64,000 bases of DNA from Octopus vulgaris (GCA_951406725.2 OX597815.1:6696001-6760000); one strand, 5' to 3'; counted from the stretch's first letter, positions 25,881 through 39,606 are shown. Notes: generated from the sequence alone by a model not told the origin. Numbers and translations: made by a program.

Positions 25881-28139
25881 GAGATACGGTTTCACATCCA
25901 TTTTCATGCTGGCATGGGTATTGGATGGTATGACAGGAGTTGGCAAGCTCTACTGTTAATTTCTACACTTGGATAATCATAGTCGTAGCTGATACAGGTG
26001 TTACACAAGTAGCACCTGTGCTGGTGGCGCATAAAAAGCACCTTTCAAGCATTGAGCCTCACAAAGGCAAAGTGGCTGAGCTCCTTTTGAGTGTTGGGCA
26101 TCACAGAAACAATGACCTAGATGGCGGCCAGCTGGCAGTAACATTAGCATGCTGGGCGAAATGTTTAGCAGTATTTCATCTGTCGCTACGTTCTGAGTTC
26201 AAATTCCGCCAAGGTCGACTTTGCCTTTCATCCTTTCGGGGTCGATTAAATAAGTACCAGTTAGAAATTGGGGTCGATATAATCGATTTGATCCATTTGT
26301 CTGTCCTTGTTTGTACTCTTTGTGTGTAGCCCTTTGTGGGCAGTAAAGAAATAAGAAGCAATGACCTAGACCTTTGGCAGTATGTGCTTGAGAAGAAGAC
26401 ACATCAAGCTGAGCAAAATCACAGCTGTGGCAGATACCAGTGTCACACAAATGGCACGTAAAATCACCCATTACACTCTCAGAGTGGTTGGTGTTAGGAA
26501 GACAATCCAGCCATAGAGACCATACCAAATCAGACTGGTGTCTGGTGCAGCCTTCCAGCTTGCCAGCCCTGTCAAACTGTCTGCCAATGTCAGCATGGAC
26601 AATGGACGTTAAATGATGATGATGATGATGATGATACTCTCATGTATATTGTATGTTTGTATATAGGTGTTCAAAAAAAATAGAGTCAGATTTTATGTAA
26701 TGCACCAAAAACAATAATTTCTACAGATCCGCATGTTTTAAGCATCACAGATTACAATTTTAAAAGAAAAAAATTTTAAAAAGACAGCAGTTTTCTTCTT
26801 CCTGGCTTCCTTTTCAGTAACTTTTCAGTTTTGACTTTTATGAAAATTTTATTCATGTTTACACAAATTTTTGAATAATATGAATCTCAGGTGTTTGATA
26901 CGAAATCTGAAAACATTTTCTAAAGAAACTCAAGACTGAAATTACAGATTTAAATTACGGAGAAAGATAAAGGCAAAAAAAATCTACCTGTTCTTTTCCA
27001 TTTCTTTTTTTCTTTCTTTTTTTTTTCTTTTTCACGGGTGATAGGAGCCGAATCATGATCTATAAATGCTTAAACATACACATCCCAAAAAAATTATAGT
27101 TTTTGGCACACTACAACTCTATTCTATAGAAATGCCATCGCCCATATAATACATTAAATGAACTAATTGCATTGCAATTGTAAGCATTTATTTATTAGCC
27201 TTTTGGGTACTTCACTGGTAGTATATTGGATAAATGATATCCCATAGTGGGTTACACTCATAACCCCTATCTCACTTTGTACTTATATATATATATATAG
27301 CCTGAGTGGCTACTGCGTTGGTGGCACATAAAAAAAGCACCATTCAAGCGTGGTCAATGCCAATACCACCTGACTGGCCCCTGTGCTGGCGGCATGTAAG
27401 AAGCACCCACTACACTCTCAGAGTGGTTAGTGTTAGGAAGAGCACCCAGCTGTAGAAACCTTGCCAGATCAGATTGGAGCCGGGTGCAGCATTCTGGCTT
27501 GCCAGTCCTCAGTCAAACTGTCCACACCATGGCCGCATGAAAAGCGGATGTCAAACAACGATGATGATGATATGTATATAAAAGTTCAAATAGAGGTTAA
27601 AATAACCACCTTAAGAGATAAGAAAATACCCAATGAGTTACTGGTTTGTTACCTATTATTTTGTTGTGAACAGTAATATTCATAAAGTAATAGTAATTTG
27701 TATGTATATATATATATAGTTAGAATTCACAAAAAACAAAAGACAAAGACAGGTGTATAAACAACAAACAGGTGTATTAGTTTAACGCTTGAGGTGAGAA
27801 TGTCTTTTACGTTTCAAGCCTACGCTGTTCAACAGAAAGGAACACAAAAAAATAAAAAGGGAGAGAATAAAAAAAGAAACCTTAAGTAGTTAGCAGTCAA
27901 TCATAGCAATGGCCGGACAGAGGTGGTCTGACAGGAGAGCTAGGAAGAATGGGAGATAATAAAGTAGCAGTGATCCCAAAACCAAGGTGTGTGTGTGTGT
28001 GTGTGTGTGTGGATAGGGGCAGGTGACCTTAACATGTGGGTGTGTGGATGATGGTATGGGTGCTGGGAAGTGGTCAGTGCTAGTGTGTGCGGAGTGGTGA
28101 TGGTTGTGTGTTGTGATGTGTTGGTGATATAGCCCAACA

Positions 28140-28445
28140 GGGAGAGAGTCAGTTTAGATGAGATGCAGTTTGGGTTCGTGCCAATGAAAAGCACCACTGA
28201 TGCTATATTTCTGGTAAGACAGCTGCAGGAGAAATACCTAGCCAAAGATAAACCTCTGTACCTGGCTTTCGTTGACATGGGGAAAGCCTTTGACAGGGTC
28301 CCCCGATCCCTTATCTGGTGGTCAATGAGGAAACTAGGGATAGATGAATGGTTAGTGAGAGTTGTATGAACCATGTACAGGGATGCTGTCAGTAAGGTGA
28401 GGGTTGGCAACGAGTACAGTGAGGAATTCCGGGTAGAGGTAGAGT
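28140..28445 (+). mobile_element. RTE-clade LINE reverse transcriptase fragment
   Basis: QFGFVPMKSTTDAIFLVRQLQEKY...LAFVDMGKAFDRVPR (RT domains 2-3) with an in-frame stop. Confidence 0.92.
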
Positions 28446-28969
28446 GACTAGATTAGAGTATTAGTTTTAAAGAGGCAAGTTCCAAGGTCAATAATACTCC
28501 TCATCAAAGCCATCAAATATCTAAACACAGAGGTCATATATATAATATGTGTGTGTGTGTGTGTGTAATGGAAGTGGGATGGTGAACATTCAGCGCTGAA
28601 AAGAAAAATCAAACAGCATTTCAACTTTGTATGAGTATATGTGTGTATGTGTGTGTGTGTGTACAAGGGAAGTATGTGAATGTTTGTATGTGTGAACCAG
28701 CGTTCTTTCAGTAACAAACGATGATGGATGTCACATCTCAAAAGACAACTATTAGATAACACTGACAAGTGTATTAATTTGATTTACCATCCATATTCTG
28801 TCTTTTTGTTAAAAATAATTATTACAATCACACACACCTACACAAACATATACAAACTCATTAGAGAAAATAATAATTGCCTGAAAGTATCAAGAATATA
28901 AAACGACTGCAATTGAAAGGTTTATTATAAATACACATTCAACAGTTCATACATGTGCCTAATTTATTT

Positions 28970-29668
28970 CTTAGGCCTCACCGAGGCAATGACTAGCGAC
29001 CGAGACCTTTGGAAATATGCTGTGCATGAGAAGACCTGGCAGGACAAGTGAGTCCAGACCTGTTGAGGCAAGTGAAGTCGAAATCGAACCTCATCCGACG
29101 ACAGGCACCCATGCCAACCTCCCTTCATTGGACACTAAACTCTGCTTGCGAAGACCTGTTGGGGCAAGTGAAATCAAAATCGAAATTGAACCAATCCTAT
29201 GACTGGCACCTAGCAGTTGCCAGGACCACTGGACTGACTCCTGTGCAGGTAGCAAGTGAAGAAACACCATTATGACCCTGTGCTTGAGGAGATCCATTGA
29301 GTCAAGTACACCAACATCAAAATCAATGGAAACTGCAGTTGTGATCCCTGTGCCGGTGGCATGTAAAAAGCACCATCCAAATCGTAGCCGATGCCAGCGT
29401 CACCTTGACTGGCTTCCGTGCTGGTGGCACATAAAAAGCACCAACCAATTGTGGCCATTGCCAGCCTCGCCTGGCACCTGTGCTGGTGGCACATAAAAAG
29501 CACCCACTACACTCACGGAGTGGTTGGCGTTAGGAAGGGCATCCAGCTGTAGAAACTCTGCCAGATCAGACTGGAGCCTGGTGCAGCCTTCTGGCTTCCC
29601 AGATCCCCGGTCGAACCGTCCAACCCATGCTAGCATGGAGAAAGGACGTTATACGACGATGATGATGT
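28970..29668 (+). mobile_element. RTE LINE ORF2 C-terminus plus full 3'UTR with tandem ~62-bp units and (GAT)n tail
   Basis: LGLTEAMTSDRDLWKYAVHEKTWQDK* followed by GTGCCGGTGGCAC-GTAAAAAGCACC units and CATGCTAGCATG...GATGATG. Confidence 0.8.
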
Positions 29669-29807
29669 TGATTAAGAAATTTATATAATAAATTTTGAAT
29701 AGGGAGTTTTACAGCATCAACTATAAGTCACGGACTGCTTTTTGTGGCTTTAAGTTGTATGAGTTTAAGTTGGTTTCAGTAATGGAGAGTGCAACAGAAA
29801 GGAAACA

Positions 29808-30260
29808 TCACTTCGAAAAAGTTGGTATTTACTTGCCAGCCTTTGTATTTAGTCATGGCCAGCTTTATGTGGCCTTAAGTCATACAAGAAGGAAGAAAAA
29901 CTTTAAAATCTGGCATTCCTTCGATATAACTTGACAAAATCAAAACATTTCACTTCGGGTAGTTCCATGGGTTGTGGAATATAGATATAAAGAAATTATG
30001 CAGGCAATGTCTCGTTTTAAACTTGAAGAAAAAAAAGCCTTGCATATTTGTTGTTATCTGTTTCATGTGTGTATGTAAAATCTGAAAATTTCCAAGTGGA
30101 AAATAGAATCGAACTATCATTTGTTTCCACAGAAATACCCGGAGTGAAATGTTTTGATTTTGTCAAGTTATATCGAAGGAATGCCTAAAATCCTTTTGAA
30201 GGAAACAAGGAGTCAAGGGATGTTAATTGCAGGTAGATTTTTTTCACAAAAAATTTGGTA
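29808..30260 (+). pseudogene. Helitron Pif1-like helicase C-terminal remnant interrupted by a MITE
   Basis: FEKVGIYLPAFVFSHGQLYVALSH matches Pif1/RepHel motifs V-VI. The frame resumes after the MITE (KILLKETRSQG). Confidence 0.8.
29912..30185. mobile_element. MITE with 50-bp TIRs and 8-bp TSD (possibly Merlin-type)
   Basis: TIR GGCATTCCTTCGATATAAC... at 29912-29961 and 30136-30185. TSD TAAAATCT/TAAAATCC. Confidence 0.85.
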
Positions 30261-31218
30261 ATAGGCGCAGGAGTGGCTATGTGGTAAGTAGCTTGCTAAC
30301 CAACGACATGGTTCCAGGTTCAGTCCCACTGCGTGGCATCTTGGGCAACTGTCTTCTGCTATAGCCCCGGGCTGACCAATGTCTTGTGAGTGGATTTGGT
30401 AGACGGAAACTGAAAGAAGCCTGTCGTATATATATATATGTATGTGTTTGTGTGTCTGTGTTTGTCACCCTAGCATTACTTAACAACCGATGCTAGTGTG
30501 CTTACGTCCCTGTCACTTAGCGGTTCGGCAAAAAAAGACCGATAGAATAAGTACTGGGCTTACAAAGAATAAGTCCTGGGGTCGATTTGCTCGACTAAAG
30601 GCGGTGCTCCAGCATGGCCGCAGTCAAATGACTGAAACAAGTAAAAAAAAAAAAAGTAATAAAAGAATTATTAAACTAAAAACTTTTGTACCTTATTTAT
30701 ATATAAAATACGACAATTAGCCCTTATTTTTGATGGCATGGGGCCAGCTAGTTTAACATAGTCCTCAGGAATATACAGTGTGACACAGAATGTGAGAGGA
30801 TGGTCCTTTGAAATACAGGAACAATTTTTGCCAGCTGAGTGGTCTGGCTGGAGCAATGAGAAATAAAGTGTCTCCCTCAAAGACACACAATGCAACACTG
30901 GGAATTGAACTCACAACCTTATGATTGTGAGCCAAATACCACTAACCACTTAGCCACACACCTTCACATGTATAATGTATGAAATATTTTTGCTGAAAAT
31001 GTTAGATTACAGAAGAGGGTCCACTTGTTTCATTCTAGAATTTGTTAGAATAATGATGCAGCATAAGATGGTACAAGGGTCTCTTTGTTAGGAGGCTTTT
31101 CAGCTAAAAATAGAATGTTCTATACATACATACATACATACATGCATACATACATACATATATATGTATTTATGTATATATGTGTGTGTGTGTGCGCGTA
31201 TATATGTATATATATATG

Positions 31219-31307
<89 letters not shown>

Positions 31308-32349
31308 ATATATATATATGTGTCTGTATATATCATCATCATCATCATCATCATCATCATTTAGCGTCCGTTTTCCATGCTAGCATGGGTTGGACTATAT
31401 ATATATATATATATACACACATACTTTCATAAATACACACACACACATGCTTTCCGCACATGTCTAGACTTGTAACTATATGCATGAGAATACATAAAAC
31501 AAAACATCTAAATCTGCACATGCAATGACTCTAAATGCTGCACGTATTCACACAAGCAAGGAAAAAATACTCTGTTGATGTTGTTAAAATTTCAATTTAA
31601 GAGCCTTGGATCTAGGTTAGAAACCAGCTCTTTCTCTATTGGCAAGAAACCTTGAAATAAAACTGAATAATAAATAACACACACACATACAAGAAGAGAC
31701 AGGGGGGATAAAATAAAAGATATATGGATAGGTAAACAGTCAACCCTTTTGATCATACAGACAACCTGACACTGTTCCCTGTTTAATGATACAAACTTCA
31801 TACCTAAAATGATCCAAATTAAAACCTTACAGAGCCTTTTTAATAAACTATTTGTAAGAGCTGCAGAATTATCCTTTCATCATCATCATTTAACGTCCGC
31901 TTTCCATGCTAGCATGGGTTGGACGATTTTGACTGAGGGCTGGCGAACCAGATGGCTGAACCAGGCTCCACTCTTGATTTGGCAGAGTTTCTACAGCTGG
32001 ATGCCCTTCCTAATGCCAACCACTCTGAGAGTATAGTGGGTGCTTTTTACATGCTACCGGCAAGGGGGCCAGTCAGGTGGTACTGGCAATGACCTCACTC
32101 GAATCCTTTTACACATGCCACCGGCACAGGTGCCAGTAAGGCGACATTGGTAATGATCACGCTCGAATGATGAGTTAGAAATATATTTCTAAATCTCTCA
32201 GAGATTTATGTAGTAGCAGCACGATAATCTCTGAGAGATTTAGAAATATATTATTTCTATTTTCAAAAATCAGTGAATGTATATGTATATATATATATAT
32301 ATATGTTTTCAAAGGCGGATAGGCATCGACAGCTAGCAAGCCATGTTAC

Positions 32350-32392
32350 TCCAGACTGATGATGAGCAATAACTCTGAAACTAGTCTCTGGA
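32350..32392 (+). ncRNA. Minimal type I hammerhead ribozyme (unrelated flanks)
   Basis: TCCAGA-CTGATGA-TGAG(caataa)CTCT-GAAA-CTA-GTC-TCTGGA: perfect 6-bp stem I and GUC triplet. Confidence 0.7.
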
Positions 32393-32911
32393 TGCTGGCT
32401 TTGCTGGGTGGAGGTGCTTGCCTCCACTTTGAAACCATAACGACACAGGAAATGTGTCATGTCCAACAGGAAGCGGTGTTTCCTAGGGCTGAATAACAGT
32501 AGCATTCTTCCCTTTTATGGGAAGAATACTATCACTTTATAAGCACTGGTTCTATTTCATCATCATCATTATCATCATCATCAGTAGCAGCAGCAACATT
32601 CAGCATCTGTTTTCCCATGCTGGCATGGGTTGGATGGTTTGACAGGAGCTGGCAAGGCTGGAGAGCTGCCCCGGTTCCATGTCTGTTATGCCATGGTTTC
32701 TACAGCTGGATGCCCTTCCTGATGCCAAACACTTTACAGAGTGTACTGGGTGCTTTATATGTAGCCCCCCAGTACAGGGTTTTTCACGTAGCACCCGCAC
32801 GTATATACATATATATGTAAAGCAAGTATCATCATGAGTTAAATCCAGTCTACAATGGAGAAAGCAAGCCACTAGATTTGGTTAAGAGTCAATGAGCAAT
32901 GGTTAAAAGAA

Positions 32912-33638
32912 TATTCTTTTCTACTCAAGACACAAGACCCGAAATTTTTGGGGAGGACCAGTTGATTAGATTGACCTCAGTATGCATCTGGTACTTAATT
33001 TATCAACCCAGAAAGGATGAAAGGCAAAGTTAACCTCAGAGGAATTTGAACTCAGAACATAAAGACAGACGAAATATCTATTTCTTTACTACCCACAAGG
33101 GGCTAAACACAGAGAGGACAGACAAACGGATTAAGTCGATTATATTGGCCCCAGTGCGTAACTGATACTTAATTTATCGACCCAGAAAGGATGAAAGGCA
33201 AAGTTGACCTCAGAACATAAAGGCAGACGAAATACCTATTTCTTTTACTACCCACAAGGGGCTAAACATAGAGAGGACAAACAAGGATAGACAAATGGAT
33301 TTAGTCGATTATATCGACCCCAGTGTGTAACTGGTACTTATTTAATCGACCCCAAAAGGATGAAAGGCAAAATCGACTTTGGTGCAATTTGAACTCAGAA
33401 TGTAGCGGCAGATGAAATACCAATTTCTTTACTACCCACAAGGGACTAAACACAGAGGAGACAAACGGATTAAGTCGATTATATCGACCCCAGTGCATAA
33501 CTGGTACTTATTTAATCGACCCCGAAAGGATGAAAGGCAAAGGCGACTTCGGTGGAATTTGAACTCAGAACGTAGCAACAGGCGAAATACCACTAAGCAT
33601 TTCGCCCAGCATGCTATCGTTTCTGCCAGCTCACCGCT
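32912..33638 (-). mobile_element. Head-to-tail tetramer of SINE family B
   Basis: Four units; only the first on the minus strand (33422-33638) has the full head. Confidence 0.85.
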
Positions 33639-34802
33639 TTAGTTAAAAGAATATTGAGTGAAGTCTAGTAACCAGTTGATCCTGCAAGCAGGGCCCAATC
33701 TCAATGAGGGGTGGTGACGTGCAATAATGCTGTCGAGAGGAAGGCCCTGAAACAGCACTCATTCTCTCCTGCTGATCCCATAAACCGGCTAGTATCCACT
33801 AAGCAGAGCTTTCAAGTGGTAGCACTTGTATCTGCAAGTTGTTCACAAATAATGTTTGACTGTATGGATGTGTGTGTGTGTGTATTTGCCTCATCCAACT
33901 GTTGACAACCGGTGGTGGTTTGTTTACATCACCATAACTTAGCGATTCAGCAAAAGACAATAGAATATGTATGAAACTTTAAAAAAAATACTGGCGTCAA
34001 TTTGTTTGACTAAAACAAGGTGATGCCCCAGCATGGCCACAGCCAACACCTGAGGCAAAAGATGAAAAAGTTGTATTGGCACTGGAGTGGCTGTATGGTA
34101 AGAAGTTCACTTCCCAACCTCATGGTTCCAGGTTCAGTCCCATTGTGTTTTCTACTATAGCCTCAAAGCTTTGTATAGGGATTTGTTTGATGTATTTTAC
34201 GTGCCACCGGCACAGAAGCCAGTCGAGGCGGCACTGGCATCGGCCACGATTTGGATGATACACAATTCCTATTGATCATTTTTTTCTTTCTTTTTTACGA
34301 TCCCTTTTGATCGAAAACCTACCCCCCTTTTATTTATTCTTTTTCTCCCCAAAAAGAAAAAAACTCTACTTTGTATTTTGTTCCCTCTGTGTTCAGCCCT
34401 GTGTGGCTAATAAATAAACGTGTGTGTGTGTGTGTATACACATTTATCCTTGTGTCTCTCTTTGCCCTCACCGCCGCCACTTGACAATGTTTACCTCCCC
34501 GTAACTTAGCGGTTCGGCTAAAAAGACAATAGAATAAATACGAGTTTTATAAAAATATATATAGGGTTGATTCGATCGACTATAATTCCATTAATGCGGT
34601 GCCCCAGCCTTGCTTCAGTCTAATGACTGAAACAAGTAAAAGATAAAATAAAATGCTGTGAGGTAAGTAGCTTGCTAACCAGCCACATGGTTCTGGGTTC
34701 AGTCCCACTACGTGGCATCTTGGGCAAGTGTCTTCTGCTATAGCCCCGGGCCGACCAATGCCTTGTGGGTGGATTTGGTAGACGGAAACTGAAAGAAGCC
34801 TG

Positions 34803-34952
<150 letters not shown>

Positions 34953-35392
34953 GTGTTTGTGTGTCTGTGTTTGTCCCCCTAGCATTGCTTGACAACCGAT
35001 GCTGGTGCATTTACGTCCCCGTCACCTAGCGGTTCGGCAAAGAATAAGTACTGGGCTTACAAAGAATAAGTCCCGGGGTCGATTTGCTCGACTAAAGGCG
35101 GTGCTCCAGCATGGCCGCAGTCAAATGACTGAAACAAGTAAAAGAGTAGAGCTGTATATACAGGGTGTAGCAGAATAATCTCCCATATTTTACATGGCCA
35201 CTGGTATGGCCCAAGCGAGCAGATGGTAACGGTGCTTCGATGTAGAATTAACCGTTTTACTCCCGTATCGTAATGGTTTTTATTGGTGCAAACTGTGTTT
35301 TTTTTTTCTGTTGAAACGTTTATCATCCTGCAAAATGTGGGAGTCTTATTATTATTATTATTATTATTTTGCCACAGCCTGTAATATGTATG

Positions 35393-35427
<35 letters not shown>

Positions 35428-36394
35428 CAGCTGAGTGTCTCTAACAGAAGCATCAAATCCGTCTAGCTGAATGGTGCAGTGATGGTGAAGGGCGTAAATA
35501 TACTCTGATAGCCATAAACATCTACAAACAGGTGCTTTAGAAATATCCTGAATATTATTACTAATAAAAGGCTAGAAATTTAGAGCAAGGATAACCCCTT
35601 TCCGCCCGAATTAACGCGTAGAAGACACCCAAACAGCCAAGATATAGCGAGACGAAAAGTGAGTGGAGATAGGCAGTTCGCCAGACAGGGAGGGATGTTT
35701 GGCAAGGCAAGCCAAGACTTAGTGTGGAACTTTTGAGTGGGAAAGGGAAAGCAGGGATGCCCGAAGGTTAAGAGATGGGGTACTGAAAATGAGAGATATG
35801 ACATAGGGGTCACAGGAGACGGCATTGGAAACAGCCTGTTCCACCAGGCGTTTGAGCAGGCCACGATTAGGACGATGATGATGATGTGCGCGCGTGTATA
35901 TGTGTGTGTGTGTGTGTTGTAAATTAGCGTTTAATTGCTAAACGCTTATCGAAATCTTAAATACATAGAATTTATTAAATGCGTTCATCGGATATTTTTT
36001 AAAATCCTTCCTACTTTCAGAATGTTAAAAAACAAAAACAAACTTGTAACTTTTTTTTATTATTAATTTCTGGAGTAAATGAGTATAATTTTCGTCATCA
36101 GCTTGCAAAAAAGAAAAAAAAAAAACTACATCCAATGCAGAAAATTTGAGAACATTCTGACGATAGGAAGGTTTTACCCACCTTCATACATGTATGTATA
36201 TTAATATATACATATATATTATATATATATTATATATCTGTAAATATAATATGTGACAATTATTCGGTAGTAGCCAAGATAAAAGTCTGAGTTTCGGATG
36301 CCGAGGTGGAAATCCACACCACCACCTCTTCGGTTATCCGGCCATCGGAAAAACGCTATTTTTACCAACATATATATATATGTGTGTGTGTGCG

Positions 36395-36433
<39 letters not shown>

Positions 36434-36498
36434 ATATATATATACACGCACACACATATATATGACATTCAGTAACATACAGATAATGCAATATCTTG

Positions 36499-36533
<35 letters not shown>

Positions 36534-36729
36534 CTATACACACACACACGAATGTGCGTGCGTGTGTGCTACATATGCTTTGGCCCTTCCTTCTGCCTGA
36601 ACTTGTAAACATGAAATAAAATCTCATTTGACTTCACTTTCCATTTTCCTCCCTTCCTCCCCCCCCCCCCGACCCATCGTCGTCGCATTAATTAAAATCT
36701 CCTCTCAACAATCAATTGCATATACATTA

Positions 36730-37036
36730 TTAACCAATCAAATTAACGCATTCATTTTTAAATTACGCTCCTTCTGCCGGAACCGAACCACTACTAAATA
36801 TGTAATATTTCAAATATCTTTTCAAACCGCTGTAATATTAAAAAATAAGTTATTTTACAGTAAAAGCAGAAAATAAAATAATCATATAGATCGAAATTTA
36901 TCTTTAATAATATGAAACGAATCCATTTTATTGCAGTTTAGTTGGCGCACTATGTTACGAAGCGGAGTAATATTTAGTGCACTCGTTTGTTAGTCCGTTT
37001 TAGTATCATAATATTTGAACGTCGATAGTTTTTCTC
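36730..37036 (+). promoter_or_regulatory. Candidate promoter and non-coding first exon of the Ki-67-like gene
   Basis: Unique sequence with CCAAT (36734), inverted CHR TTCAAA (36809, 36821), E2F-like TTGGCGC (36942), TTTGAA (37014) and donor CTC|gtaagt at 37036/37037. Confidence 0.45.
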
Positions 37037-37863
37037 GTAAGTAATACTTTTCCGTCCACTTTGGTGCTTTAAATTATTTTGCAATCCTTTTTACTATAAA
37101 TTATTATCAATTTTATGTCTCTAGATGAAAGTCAATATCATCTTGAGCGTGCTGAATGTTTTCTTTTAACCCTTTCATTGTCTTTGTTTGTCAAATGTAA
37201 TATTTTAGCTGCAAAACCAATGAAAGAACCGAATCTCATCTTCCTTCTTTCTTAATCTCTTTCTCTGCTTCTCTCCCACCTTGCTTCGCTTATTTTCCTT
37301 CAAATATCACATTTCTCTTATCTCCATTTCACACTTACCCAAGCCAGATGGTTTATTTCACCTTTCTTTTACCTAGAACCAATTATCAATATACATTTCG
37401 ATACTCCAATTAACCCACAGCTTCTCCAATTAACCCACAGTTTCTCCAATTAACGCCGGCGCCCTTTATAAACTCTATGGAAAACACTTGGTCTTCAAAC
37501 TTACAAAGAAGCATTTAAATTAATTTGTAAATAAGTAACAGACCTCCTCACGAAAGATGTCAGTGTATCTATGAATATTACCGTGGGTTTATGCGAAATT
37601 ATAGATTCTCAGTTTAAACTTAGCGCTGTTAACGACATCATCAGAACTTGGCGCAAATTTTGGTTTTCGTTCTCACCCAACTCGGTCTCTTCTCCATAAC
37701 AACTTTATATACACACACACGTTTATGTATATATACACGCATACATATTTTTATATACACTCTCACAAATAATGCACACCGTTGTATTTTTTTTGAGTCC
37801 ACACGTTCCAGCCCATATTTGATCAGGTGTGTGTGTGGGTAATTATAAATATATCTATCTATA

Positions 37864-37902
<39 letters not shown>

Positions 37903-38944
37903 GTATGTTTTTGTATTATCTATAATGACGATTAATTGGTTGATAATTCCTCAAAATATTATTAATTATATAAAAGTTTCCAGTGTGGTCTTAGAACTTT
38001 TATGTGGGTGGTGGTGGGGCCCTACGATATCAAATTTTCCTTTTAATCCCAGGTCAGCTATGATCAGAGACTGTCCAAATGTGAACTTCCCAGCATCTGT
38101 TCAGACAGCATATCTAGGATTCTATATAAGCCAATGTTTTTTTTTTTTTGTTTTACGACAATTGGGATGTTATTCTGAGGAGATTTGACTGCTATTTCTA
38201 GCAGGTCGAATACCACTTTGAGACTCGTTAACTCACTTCCCACTTCTTTCTCGATAGTTTATTTAATCTTCATTTGGCCTATATCTAAGGCATTCCATCC
38301 ATGACCACCCCGTCTTTTTTCTGATACTGTATAATAGACCACATTATCCAGCGTGTCATTTAAAAAAAAAAAAACGCTATTCGTTGAGTGAGGTTTGACT
38401 GTTATTTCTAGTAGATCAAGCGACCGTAGACACCCCTTTGTTGACTGATCTGAAAGTTGTTTTCAGACTGCATTATCGCTTTTTTTTTCCATTAAAGGTG
38501 ATCAATTGTGTTCTCAACGAAAATTTAACTGTTATTTCTAGCAGGCCGAGTGACCACATATAAGCTTCGTTTTGTTGGCTTCATTGACAGTTAATAACTA
38601 TTCCAACCGAGGCCATCGCTTTTGTTAGGGATATATCTACACTTGCCCTTTCTTTTAAAGGGTGTGATTTGAGGACACGTGGCTGCTGCTTTTTCTCGCT
38701 ATCTGAATGGTTTCTTAGCCTCTTAAGTCACCAGCTGAGAAATGGAAACAAAATGTAAATAAGGGCGCTAAAAGTCAAGATTACTCCTTTGATTATAAAG
38801 ATATCTTCGATGTTACAATATAAGTGGCATACTAAATTTTTCTTTCGTTCATTAAAAAACTAATTTCAGAGTTACGTTTGCAAAATTTACCTTCGTGTGG
38901 TTAGATATAGATACTGTACGAGCAGTATTAATCTGTGTCCAGGT

Positions 38945-39116
38945 GTTATATATATGTTATATATATATATATGTATGTATGTATGTATATATATGTATGT
39001 AATCTCAAGATTATATATGTATGTATATATGTCCTGTCCGTGTATGTATATATATGTATGTATATATATGTATATATATATATGTATGTATATATATATG
39101 TATATATATATATATG

Positions 39117-39148
<32 letters not shown>

Positions 39149-39174
39149 TATGTATGTATATATATATATATATG

Positions 39175-39213
<39 letters not shown>

Positions 39214-39220
39214 GTATATG

Positions 39221-39277
<57 letters not shown>

Positions 39278-39364
39278 ATATATGTATATATATATATATG
39301 TATGTATGTATATATATATATGTATGTATATATATATATGTATATGTATATATATGTATGTATG

Positions 39365-39397
<33 letters not shown>

Positions 39398-39448
39398 GTA
39401 TATATATATATATGTATATATATGTATGTATATGTATGTATGTATATG

Positions 39449-39480
<32 letters not shown>

Positions 39481-39523
39481 TGTATATGTATATATATGTA
39501 TATGTATATATATGTATATGTAT

Positions 39524-39554
<31 letters not shown>

Positions 39555-39565
39555 TATATGTATGT

Positions 39566-39606
<41 letters not shown>

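Noticed and set aside
36283-36356. Hammerhead-like fold on the minus strand (CCGATGG...GAAACTC); similar weak case at 13569-13610
   Set aside because: Two or more core substitutions and an uncertain stem I. At most a decayed relic.
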